From positions 1 to 51,909 of the forward strand of contig JAQBHB010000112.1 of assembly GCA_032128115.1 (NCBI GenBank): a DNA stretch of 51,909 nucleotides. The letters run 5' to 3'. Below, one piece after another: positions 10,287-18,981 of this stretch. Position 1 is the stretch's first letter; each line of letters starts with the position of its first letter. The notes below the pieces were generated by a model. That model was not told the DNA's origin. It did not search any database and was given only the letters and a program-made list of their open reading frames with translations. A program made the translations under genes and the position numbers. This DNA is from Deltaproteobacteria bacterium (GTDB lineage Bacteria > Myxococcota_A > UBA9160 > SMWR01).

Positions 10287-10370
10287 GCCGCCTGACAAGA
10301 CGCTGCAGATGACCAGTTTACGCCTCGGGCCAACAAGCATCTGCAACGTCATGGAGACCTCGAGTCCACG
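10287..10370 (+). repeat. Degenerate half attC, inverted relative to the array
   Basis: GCCGCCTGACAAGACGCTGCAGATGACC...GGCCAACA...TCATGGAG aligns ungapped with the first 70-80 nt of attC3 read on the minus strand. Confidence 0.65.
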
Positions 10371-10440
10371 CTACGCCGGACGCTTGAGGAGTTCCTCAAG
10401 GGCGTAAAGCATCATCTTGAAAAATAGATCGAGTGATTCG
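10371..10440 (-). pseudogene. 3' remnant of a second NTase gene (repeat A copy 2)
   Basis: Encodes LDLFFKMMLYALEELLKRPA* versus LDRFPQKTLSALEELLERPA* in 5656-6183. Confidence 0.75.
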
Positions 10441-10481
10441 ATATTCCTGGCGAACCCGGGCGGCGTGGGCGGAAGCGGACT

Positions 10482-11288
10482 TCAAGGGATATCGGTCTCG
10501 ATCGCCAGGGCGTGGGTCGTGAAGAGGCGGTCGTTGAGGACGGGATTGATCTCGAGCTTAGTCACGACCACGTCGGTCTGGGTTCCCATGACGACGTTTT
10601 CGACGAGGATCCGGGTGGGGAGTGACGTGCCAGCTTCCTGGCGAAGCCCCGCTCTTGGAAACTGGATCACCTTCACGGGGGCATCCGATCCGTTCTTGAA
10701 GTAGCGGGTCTCGAGCAGGGCATCGTCCTGCGCGATTGCGAACTCGACTCGCGCGTAGCTGCTCGCCCGAATGGGGAGCCCCGCCACGATCATGACCTCT
10801 TCGCCACCCAGGGATTCCGGGCGGATCACCAGGTGGTCGAAATCGGTCGCCCGCCTGCGTTCCAGGTCCTCGTAGGACAGGTCTGTTCCCATGAATGAGT
10901 CGCTGCGTTGGGCGCCGCTCACCCGCCGGGTCTTCGCTAGCGCGGGCAGGAACACGAAATAGTCATCGGGCCGATCCGGCTGCTCGATCATGAGAAGCGC
11001 CGTATCCCTCAGGTCGGGCGGATGGGTGAACCGCGCGATCGCACGGAGGTTCCCATCAACGATCTTCGTCGCCACATCGAGCCGTTGCTCTTGAACCGTC
11101 CCTCCGCGCGATCGCAGGTGGAGTGTCATCTGCTGGCGGGTGTCGCACTCATATCGCTTTTCGAATGCCCGATGAAGCAACTCCCTCGGATCCACGGGTC
11201 GTGCGTCCTCGACCGCCCGGGATTCGCCAATCCCGATGGCTAGCGAGGCGACGAGAACCACGAACCCAGTCAGCACGCTACGACTCAT
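10482..11288 (-). CDS. Outer-membrane lipoprotein-sorting (LolA-like) protein
   Basis: Signal peptide; RFTHPPDLRDTALL, FLPALAKTRRVSG, SFMGTDLSYEDL motifs typical of MMPL-associated LolA-like proteins; start overlaps the upstream stop. Confidence 0.88.
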   Translation of the reverse strand: MSRSVLTGFVVLVASLAIGIGESRAVEDARPVDPRELLHRAFEKRYECDTRQQMTLHLRSRGGTVQEQRLDVATKIVDGNLRAIARFTHPPDLRDTALLMIEQPDRPDDYFVFLPALAKTRRVSGAQRSDSFMGTDLSYEDLERRRATDFDHLVIRPESLGGEEVMIVAGLPIRASSYARVEFAIAQDDALLETRYFKNGSDAPVKVIQFPRAGLRQEAGTSLPTRILVENVVMGTQTDVVVTKLEINPVLNDRLFTTHALAIETDIP

Positions 11289-14200
11289 CGAGACCCTCGG
11301 ACGCGCCAGGAATCATCAACCGGACAATGGTCCCAACGCCGACGTTCGATTCGATCGCGATCGTTCCACCGAGGCCTTCGATGATGGCCCGACTCGCGGC
11401 GAGTCCAATCCCCCAACCGCCCTCCCCTGCCCGGGTCGAAAAGAATGGCGAAAACGCCTGCTCGAGGGTCTTTCCATCCATCCCGCAACCGCGGTCGGTC
11501 ACGTCGATACGGACCTCTCCGCCTTCGTTGAACGCATACACCTCCACCGGCTCGGTCGGGCCGGCGCGAAGTGCATTATCGAGCACGTTCACCAGCACCT
11601 GGCGAACCTCTCGGGCGGCCAGGATGGCGGGTAGATCGGGCGTGAGCCTCAGCAGGGCGCGTCCGGGTCCGTGAATTCGCTCCACGGCTTGAATCGCGAG
11701 GGCCAAGATCTCGTCGACTCGGAACAGGACCTCGGCCTCTCGCCTGGGGTCTCCCTGATCCAACAGGTGGTCGAGAGTCGTGAGCGCTTCGTCGGCGAGC
11801 GAGGCGATGCCGGAGAGGTGATGACGCACATCCTCGCTGTTGAATGGGTCCCTGCTCATCGAGATCGCGCGCTGGTATACGACGCTGATGGGCTTGCCCA
11901 GATCGTGTGCAAGTCCAGTCGCGATCTGGCCGATGGTTGCCATCCTTTCCGCGTGAAGGAGATCCTCGGCCAGGTGAGAGCCATGGATCGCGATCGCAGC
12001 CCGAGCGCAGATTGCGGATACGAAGCGAACCTCACGGTAGCTGAATGGGAGCTCGCTCCCGGATTGAGCGATCAGCGCAAGCCCCACGAGCTTGGACCGG
12101 ATCCGAAGCGGAGCGGCGAGGGCAATCTCCGAGGCGCGCAGATCGTCTGCATTGCGACCCTCCGCACCAACCTCCAGCGCCAGATTCAAGGGATCGGTTC
12201 GTTCGGCGAGCAGTCGAATCGCCATTTCGACAAAACGCATCTCGACTGGAGCTCGCTCACCCTGGTGTCCAGCCAGCGTCCAGCCGCCTGCTGTGGGCAG
12301 GAAGATCGAGACTCCAGAAGCGCTTACGGCAGCCTGCAGTGTCTCAGCCGTTACGAAACTGATCGCATTGCTGTCCGAGACGCCCTCGAGGTTGTGTGCG
12401 TGAGACGACTCGAGTTGTCGCAGGCGCGCATCAACGGTGGGCAGCCAGCGGCGGAGTCGGTTCCACAAACCGTCTCTGGCTATTCCACCGAAAAAGAGGA
12501 CCAGAGAGAGCCCGAAGAGGCCAACAACGGGCCCCGGAGAAAATTCGACTGCAGACCATTGGAAAGCGCTGAAGATCAGCGTTGCCAGGATACCCGCGCC
12601 GACGATGTGGACGAACGCGTAGCTGACGGCTTGACGCACATGGGGGCGTATGTCGTTGAGTTGGTATCGAGCCAGGGAATAGCCGAAGGGAAGCGGCAGG
12701 GCGACGGCTGCGGACAACACCAGTGCGAGCGGCCCGAGGGTATCGGTCGCGCGAATCGCAATCGCGAGCGCTGCACCCGCCGCCAGCGTGATCAGTGTTC
12801 CCCGAACCGCCACCCGGGCCCTCACCCGCTCGAGTCCATGTACGGATTCCTCACGGCGAAACACACACTTGGCAAGGAGCCCCAACCAGATCAGACCGGT
12901 GAGGCTCGCGCTCACCGAACTCGCCATTCTCCAGAGAGCGGGATATTGATGCACGCCCCAGATCAGGATCAGCGCGTTCAGGATCCCGGCAGCGTATAGA
13001 CCGTGCGTGATCCTCGGAGCGGCGATCAGGAGCCCACTGCGATGGGGAAACGCGAGTGCGAAATGGGCTGCCGCAGCCGGGAGAAGACCCAGGGCAGCCA
13101 GATACACCCAGGGCGGACCGCTGCCAACCTCGAGCACGTTCAGGCTCAACACTGCGATACAGGAATACGCGACAAGGAACGGGATTGAAGCCGATGCCGT
13201 TGAATAGAAGACCAGGAAGAGCGAACAACCGAGCATCCAGAGGGGAAACAGGGCCATCGCCGAGAGACGCGCAGCCTCATTCCACGGGGAATGCCAGACC
13301 ACGGGAACACTCGTACGCAGAGAACGCCCCGAGCGAGTGAGTTGCAGCTGAACCCTCTCGCCCGCCCGATCGAGCAGGGGCAGAAGGTCACGTCCATCGT
13401 CTCCGGGAAGCAGCCGCATCGAGGCCGCACCCGCCGTAATCACGTCGACACGGTCGAATCGATGCAGTGGGCAGCTCGTCGAGAGCGAGGCAAGGATCGA
13501 GACATGGCCACCGGGGAGAAGCTTGCACCCGAGACTTCCCGATCCGGTGGCGTCGGCTGTGCGCAACGCGCTCGGGAAAAGCGCCGCGCCGACCCCGAGC
13601 ACGGCGAGAAGTGCCACCAGAACCCGCCCCGGCGCGGCGAGTGGCCTGCTGGCCCTCGGCGTCTCTGGCGGCAGCCGCACCGGCCGAACTCCCAGGATGA
13701 GAGCCGGAAGAACGAAGAGATCCGCGATGAGGGCGGCGAGGATGGCAATACCTGAAAGCAGCCCGAAGCTCGCGACGCTCTGCCAGGAACTGATCATCAG
13801 CGCAAAGAAACCGAGCGACAAGGCCAGTGAGGTCGAGATCACGGCTCGCCCGACGCGACGCACTGCCGTTGCGACCGCCTCTCCCGGGTCTGCTCCGCGA
13901 TTGCGTTCGGTGCGGTACTGCGTCACCAGATGAATCGTGTCGTCTACTGCGATTCCGAGCACGATGGCTCCGACCATGATCGTCGCAACGTCGAGATTGA
14001 TGCCCCATAGCCCCATTGCGCCCAGCGTCACGAGCACGGGAAGGCCATTGGGAATCATGCCGATCAGCGCCCAGCGCAGCGACGCCAGGCCGGTCGAGCC
14101 CGTAGCCCACAGGAATCCCCAGAAGAGCAGCGTCACGACAAGTGCGGCCGTCGCGAACGAACGCAGCTGCGTGCGTTGCATCTCCCGGACGAGGTCCAGG

Positions 14201-15987
14201 TACAGGGAGAAGGGCCCCGTGAATTGAAATTCCCAGCCCGAGGGGAGCGTGGATGCCAGGTGCTCGGTGACTTCATCCAGGATTTCGATACGGCGGGTCT
14301 TCGGAGCCGGATCGGCCTCGATCGAGAGACGAACCCGTCGGTGCTCTGAATTGATCCAGCGAGCGGGACGCGTACCGGCGTCGAGCCCCAGAACCCAGAG
14401 GAGTTGCACGTTGGCCGCACGGGACTCGGCGGGGGCGTAATAGGCAGGATCATCATCGTGAAGCAGCTGGTTCAGGCGCTGAAGCGGATCGAGAAGGCTC
14501 CGAACCCGACCCAGGCCCTCGACCGTGGGAAGAAAAGACGCGACCTGGGACAGGCTCCGAAGGCCCTCGGGATCGAGGGCCGATTCCCCCTCCGGAACCA
14601 CGAGTTCGATCTCCAGGGTGTCCGTTCTGCGCAGATTCTCCTCGACGAATTCTGCCCATCGAACCACGTCGCTGTTGGCTCCAAAGAGTTCCTTCTCGTC
14701 GACGTCGATCTGCAGACGCGAGACCCCGAATCCGCCGAGGAGAACCAGAGCGCCCGCGACGATCAGAACGAATCCCGTTCGCCGCTCGGCCACGCCAATG
14801 ATCAAGCCGAGGGTGCGATCCCAGGCGTCGGAAGCTTGCGCCGCCTGTTTGCCAGGCTGGGGGATTCTCACCAGGAACAGCGGCATCAAGCTGAAGGTGA
14901 GAACGAAGGCAGCCATCACGCCGATCGCTGCCACCACGCCGAAGCGCAGGAAGCTCGCAAACCCCGACGTCGAGAAAGAAAGGAACCCTGCGGATGTCGT
15001 CAGCGCGGCGATGAAACAGGCGGGCCCCACCTCGTCCGCCACCTCGATCATCCGTTGCCTGCGCACCCCAAGCGTCAGCGGCTCCGAATTGCTCCAGGTG
15101 CGGCTCGCATAGCGCGAGAGCACGTGGATCGCAGAGCAGACGCCGATGACCAGGATCGCCGGCGCCAACGCCTGGGTGAGTTCGCTCTGGGGCCAGCCCA
15201 GCCAGGCCATCGATCCCATGGCCCACACCAGTGCGATCCCCGTCGTCCCCAATGCGAGCAACGCGGCCCGCCACGATCGAAACAGCACGAAGACGGTGGC
15301 CAGGATCAGAACCACCATCAACGGCACGATTCGGGGCGTCTCGCTCTGCAGTCCTCCCCCCGCGACCGCGAAGTCGACGGGATCGCCCACGAGATAGAAG
15401 CGGAAGCCTTCCGCCTCGTACGGCGCGAGGATTTCGCGCAGCGCGGGAACGACGGTCGAGGTGGTTCGGCTGTCGGACGAGGCCAGCTGGATCGCGATCG
15501 CCCCGACCTTTCCGTCTGCCGAGACGAGATTGCCCTGCCAGAGGCTGTCCTTCAGCGCCCGCTCGCTCAGCCACTGGCGATCCGGGACGACCTCGCCGTT
15601 CTCGATGAACCTTCGAACGTCGAATCCACTCGGACCCGGCACCAGCACCGGGCTGGTCGCGGGGCTGTCGACGTGTCGTACGAGAGGATGGCCAGAGATC
15701 GAATCGCCCACGGCCTCGGCCATCCGAAGAGCAGCGGGATCGAATACCGAGTCGCATTGGATCGTCTCGGCACAGCTCCAGACGGCGAGAACGGGCAGGC
15801 CACCGCCGAACTCGTCCAGGAACGCCTCGAGTCGCTGGACCGATGGATGCTCATCGCCAAGCACGCCCCGGTAGCCGATCTCGGTTTTCATTCCGGGAAG
15901 GCCCACAGCCGCAAACGCCGAGATCGCAACGGCCATCGCGATCGTTGATCTCGGATATGCGAATGCGACTTGCGTCAACCGGCGCAT
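11278..15987 (-). CDS. MMPL/RND-family transporter fused to PDZ-like, multi-TM, GAF and histidine kinase domains (1569 aa)
   Basis: aa 1 to about 770: two MMPL repeats (GIAVDDTIHL, LTTSAGFLS, ADLFVLPAL); C-terminus H-box GLAHDLGKP, N-box NVLDNALRA, G1 DRGCGM, F FSPFFST, G2 GWGIGL; single open frame. Confidence 0.88.
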   Translation of the reverse strand: MRRLTQVAFAYPRSTIAMAVAISAFAAVGLPGMKTEIGYRGVLGDEHPSVQRLEAFLDEFGGGLPVLAVWSCAETIQCDSVFDPAALRMAEAVGDSISGHPLVRHVDSPATSPVLVPGPSGFDVRRFIENGEVVPDRQWLSERALKDSLWQGNLVSADGKVGAIAIQLASSDSRTTSTVVPALREILAPYEAEGFRFYLVGDPVDFAVAGGGLQSETPRIVPLMVVLILATVFVLFRSWRAALLALGTTGIALVWAMGSMAWLGWPQSELTQALAPAILVIGVCSAIHVLSRYASRTWSNSEPLTLGVRRQRMIEVADEVGPACFIAALTTSAGFLSFSTSGFASFLRFGVVAAIGVMAAFVLTFSLMPLFLVRIPQPGKQAAQASDAWDRTLGLIIGVAERRTGFVLIVAGALVLLGGFGVSRLQIDVDEKELFGANSDVVRWAEFVEENLRRTDTLEIELVVPEGESALDPEGLRSLSQVASFLPTVEGLGRVRSLLDPLQRLNQLLHDDDPAYYAPAESRAANVQLLWVLGLDAGTRPARWINSEHRRVRLSIEADPAPKTRRIEILDEVTEHLASTLPSGWEFQFTGPFSLYLDLVREMQRTQLRSFATAALVVTLLFWGFLWATGSTGLASLRWALIGMIPNGLPVLVTLGAMGLWGINLDVATIMVGAIVLGIAVDDTIHLVTQYRTERNRGADPGEAVATAVRRVGRAVISTSLALSLGFFALMISSWQSVASFGLLSGIAILAALIADLFVLPALILGVRPVRLPPETPRASRPLAAPGRVLVALLAVLGVGAALFPSALRTADATGSGSLGCKLLPGGHVSILASLSTSCPLHRFDRVDVITAGAASMRLLPGDDGRDLLPLLDRAGERVQLQLTRSGRSLRTSVPVVWHSPWNEAARLSAMALFPLWMLGCSLFLVFYSTASASIPFLVAYSCIAVLSLNVLEVGSGPPWVYLAALGLLPAAAAHFALAFPHRSGLLIAAPRITHGLYAAGILNALILIWGVHQYPALWRMASSVSASLTGLIWLGLLAKCVFRREESVHGLERVRARVAVRGTLITLAAGAALAIAIRATDTLGPLALVLSAAVALPLPFGYSLARYQLNDIRPHVRQAVSYAFVHIVGAGILATLIFSAFQWSAVEFSPGPVVGLFGLSLVLFFGGIARDGLWNRLRRWLPTVDARLRQLESSHAHNLEGVSDSNAISFVTAETLQAAVSASGVSIFLPTAGGWTLAGHQGERAPVEMRFVEMAIRLLAERTDPLNLALEVGAEGRNADDLRASEIALAAPLRIRSKLVGLALIAQSGSELPFSYREVRFVSAICARAAIAIHGSHLAEDLLHAERMATIGQIATGLAHDLGKPISVVYQRAISMSRDPFNSEDVRHHLSGIASLADEALTTLDHLLDQGDPRREAEVLFRVDEILALAIQAVERIHGPGRALLRLTPDLPAILAAREVRQVLVNVLDNALRAGPTEPVEVYAFNEGGEVRIDVTDRGCGMDGKTLEQAFSPFFSTRAGEGGWGIGLAASRAIIEGLGGTIAIESNVGVGTIVRLMIPGASEGLDES

Positions 15988-15993
15988 ACTTTG

Positions 15994-16569
15994 TCAGCCT
16001 CTTTGATTCCGGCCCTCGAAGAGGCCGAACTTCTTGAGGTGGTACACGACCGTGGCCCGATCCCGATCCAGGTGCTCTGCGATCCGTGCAATGTTCCCGT
16101 TGCACTCGACCAGCAATCTCTCGAGCTGGTGGCGAAACTCCTCCCGCCGGCGATCCCGTGCGGAGGAGACGCTCTGGATCTCCGGGGATTCCGGAACTGC
16201 AGCAGCTTCATGCATCTGAACGAGGTCTCGTGCGGCTGCGCCGAGCCCTCCGAGATCGTCCCGCCATCGCAGGAACCGCTGGGCCCCCCGTCGCATGGCC
16301 GTCTCACACGTCGGCACGCTGGGGTAAGCGGTAATGACGATGATCGGGACTTCCGAGAACTCACGAATGCGCTGGACGAGGTAGATTCCATCCTGACCTG
16401 GCATCCGAAGGTCGGTGACGACCAGATCAGGAACGGTCTCCGAAAGGTATTCGAGCGCTTCGAAGGCGTCGCGTGCCTGGTCGACCTCGAATTCCGACGC
16501 CTCGAGCCGCTCGGCAAGCAGTTCGCGTGCTTCACGGGTATCGTCGACTACGAGCGCCTTCCAGTGCAC
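15994..16569 (-). CDS. Response regulator, REC plus Fis-type HTH (no AAA+ domain)
   Basis: LVVDD, VTDLRMPG, IVITAY; C-terminal GNIARIAEHLDRDRATVVYHLKK; GTG with GGAG RBS. Confidence 0.88.
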   Translation of the reverse strand: MHWKALVVDDTREARELLAERLEASEFEVDQARDAFEALEYLSETVPDLVVTDLRMPGQDGIYLVQRIREFSEVPIIVITAYPSVPTCETAMRRGAQRFLRWRDDLGGLGAAARDLVQMHEAAAVPESPEIQSVSSARDRRREEFRHQLERLLVECNGNIARIAEHLDRDRATVVYHLKKFGLFEGRNQRG

Positions 16570-16583
16570 TGCTGGACTCCATC

Positions 16584-16611
16584 GAAGTTGCCCGCCGTTG
16601 CGGGCGACTTC
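16584..16611. terminator. Intra-operon hairpin right after the PKS stop
   Basis: GAAGTTGCCCGC-CGTT-GCGGGCGACTTC, 11/12 stem, no U-tract. Confidence 0.4.
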
Positions 16612-17710
16612 ATCTGATCTGTGCTGCCCCCCGACGAAATGCTACGGCTTCGAACGTCATACCTGGACCGAATCCCAGCATCACCCCCTCGGTTCCAACC
16701 GTCAGTCTGGCCAGGGACTCCTCGAGTACGTAGAGGATTGCCGCACTCGACGTGTTGCCAAGCCGGTTCAGGACCTCGTAGGAGACGTCGAGGTCTCTCA
16801 CCTCCAGCCCGAGACCGCGTCCGATCGCTCGAAGCACCGAGGCCCCCCCTGGGTGGACAACCCACGAGAGCGGCGCCCCTGACTCCGCACCCGCCCGCAG
16901 AGGCTCGACGAACCCACCCACACCCCTCTCGATGATCGCGGGCACCTCTCGCGACAGGTAGAGCTCGAAGCCGTCCTCTCGAACACGCCAGGTAAGGGCG
17001 TCTCGCGAGCCGGAATCGAGGTGCGTAAGTGCAGTCCCGAATTCGAGCAGGGAATCTCGAGAGGCGGAAACGCGCCCGAGCACCATCGCTCCAGCGCCGT
17101 CACCGAATAGAGACGTTGCTACGAGCCCGTTGGTGTCGTCGCTGATTCTCCGGTGCAGCGAGCAGAGTTCGACGCACACCACCAGGGCTCTCGCGTCTGG
17201 ACTCTCTGCCGCCGCTCTGCGCCCAACCCGCAGGCCATGAAATGCGCCCGAGCACCCCATGAAACCCACCAGTGTTCGTTCTACGTCCGGCCGAAGAGAA
17301 AGCAGGGACGCGATTTCGACGTCGGGACCGGGCGCAAACAGGCCGGTGCAGCTCACGACGATCAGGTGACTGATTTCGTCTCGCGAAACACCGGAAGACT
17401 TGAGAGCCTGTTCGCAAGCCGCCGCCGCGAGACGAGGCGCTTCCCGCTCATAGATTTCCATTCGTTGCGAGGTCGACGGATTGGACGTGGAATCGAAAAG
17501 CACGCCACCCGGCCCCGAGAAGTCGGGAATGCAGAATCGACGTTCGGAGATCTGTGCGTTTCGAAACAACCTGCGCGCGAGCTGTTCGCGACGGGATCCC
17601 GGTTCCAGGGGCGGGTGAACGGCTGCGAGAGCCTGTTGCTGTGAAACGGGATAGGCCGGAAGCGCGGTGCCGATCCCAAGGAGTGCCGCGGGAGGAAGTT
17701 GGTTGCTCAT
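16610..17710 (-). CDS. Type III polyketide synthase (chalcone/stilbene synthase family)
   Basis: VSCTG, FMGC (catalytic Cys), VELCSLH, LFGDGA, VHPGG (His), GNTSSA (Asn), GFGPG; GAAGGAAGGG RBS. Confidence 0.95.
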   Translation of the reverse strand: MSNQLPPAALLGIGTALPAYPVSQQQALAAVHPPLEPGSRREQLARRLFRNAQISERRFCIPDFSGPGGVLFDSTSNPSTSQRMEIYEREAPRLAAAACEQALKSSGVSRDEISHLIVVSCTGLFAPGPDVEIASLLSLRPDVERTLVGFMGCSGAFHGLRVGRRAAAESPDARALVVCVELCSLHRRISDDTNGLVATSLFGDGAGAMVLGRVSASRDSLLEFGTALTHLDSGSRDALTWRVREDGFELYLSREVPAIIERGVGGFVEPLRAGAESGAPLSWVVHPGGASVLRAIGRGLGLEVRDLDVSYEVLNRLGNTSSAAILYVLEESLARLTVGTEGVMLGFGPGMTFEAVAFRRGAAQIR

Positions 17711-17790
17711 CCCTTCCTTCTAGGAGTTGCGCGGTCGACTCCCGCACCTTATGCCAGTGTGGAGACGGGAGTCAACGACTCCTTCAGGTC

Positions 17791-17820
17791 GAACTCCACG
17801 GAATTCCACGCTTTTCCATG
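17791..17820. promoter_or_regulatory. Three phased 10-bp direct repeats in the divergent promoter region
   Basis: GAACTCCACG / GAATTCCACG / CTTTTCCATG in tandem. Confidence 0.45.
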
Positions 17821-17891
17821 CTCTTCGCCGTTGTGCCCACGGTCTCGGGGCGTCTAGCTTCGGATCGGTCTCGATGAGAGGGGAATTTGTG

Positions 17892-18806
17892 ATGAAGCAG
17901 CAAAACTCACTGGCCTCCGCCGGCTCTCTTTCCGAGAGCCCTGCGTCGGGAGCCCGTCTCGCGCAGTTGGAAACCCAGCTGGCGGGACCGAGCCGCGTGA
18001 TGTCGCGCCTTCGGGAACGCATCGCCGCGGTTGCGCCGCTCTGGACTCCCGTGCTGATCTCAGGAGAGCCGGGGTGTGGCAGGGATGTGGTTGCCAGGGC
18101 GATCCACACCCTCGGCGTCACGGGTCGCTGGGAATTCAGGGCTCTCGATGCAGCGAACTTCACGCCGCACGATCGGGTGCCGACGGATGGCCTGGTCTAC
18201 CTGCAGAGCGTCGAGCGCCTCAGTCCGGACGCGCAGGTGTTCTGGCGCAAGCGAGTCGGCCCATCGACGTCTGAGCCGCGGCTCCGCATGATCGGATCGA
18301 CCGCGGATCCGCCGGAATTCCTGAGTCCTCGCGTTTCGTACGATCCAGAGCTCGCGCAGATCCTTCTGCGCTATCGGCTGCGCCTGCCTCCCCTGCGAGA
18401 ACGAAGGGACGACATTCCGGCGATCGCCGCACTGCTTCTGGAGCGCATTGGCGCGTCCGTGGGCCGCCGGGGAGTGAAGCTCTCGGCAGCTGCTTCGCGT
18501 GTCCTCAAGACCCACCGGTGGACCGAGAACATGAATCAACTGGAGGAGGTCCTGGGGCGAGCGGTTGCATTCACGGGCGACCAGACGATTCGCCGGGAGC
18601 TTCTCGTCGAGTTGATCCAGGAGTCCGAGGAGAGCCTGGCAGACATCCGGGCACGCCACAGCGCGAGCGAGAGGCGGAAACTATTGGATGGGCTGCACCA
18701 GACGGGCGGCAACGTGGCGCAGACCGCCGAGAAACTGGGCCGCAGCCGTGCCGCCGTCTACCGCCTGATCGAGAAGCACGGGATCGCGCTGGCCCGGTGT
18801 CGCTGA
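17892..18806 (+). CDS. Degenerate sigma54-type enhancer-binding protein (AAA+-like plus Fis HTH, no sensor domain)
   Basis: PVLISGEPGCGRDVVARAIH, LPPLRERRDDIP, HRWTENMNQLE, GGNVAQTAEKLGRSRAAVYRL; GAFTGA absent; start uncertain (17874-17892). Confidence 0.85.
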   Translation: MKQQNSLASAGSLSESPASGARLAQLETQLAGPSRVMSRLRERIAAVAPLWTPVLISGEPGCGRDVVARAIHTLGVTGRWEFRALDAANFTPHDRVPTDGLVYLQSVERLSPDAQVFWRKRVGPSTSEPRLRMIGSTADPPEFLSPRVSYDPELAQILLRYRLRLPPLRERRDDIPAIAALLLERIGASVGRRGVKLSAAASRVLKTHRWTENMNQLEEVLGRAVAFTGDQTIRRELLVELIQESEESLADIRARHSASERRKLLDGLHQTGGNVAQTAEKLGRSRAAVYRLIEKHGIALARCR

Positions 18807-18981
18807 GGGGCGCCCGCTTCAGCGGAGCGCAGATCTCCGTTCAAAACCCGCGCGAACACGGCGTGCGCCGGGCCTCAACCCCTTCCCCCGAGTGGCCGAT
18901 TTCAGGACCTCGGCTGGCGGGGGGGGCATGCTTCGAATTCGAACCCGGGGGAGGGGGGCGCTGCGGATCGGGCGGTGGCGC

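Noticed and set aside
17740..17760. TGGCATAAGGTGC upstream of the PKS as a sigma54 promoter
   Set aside because: GG-to-GC spacing is 8, not the required 10
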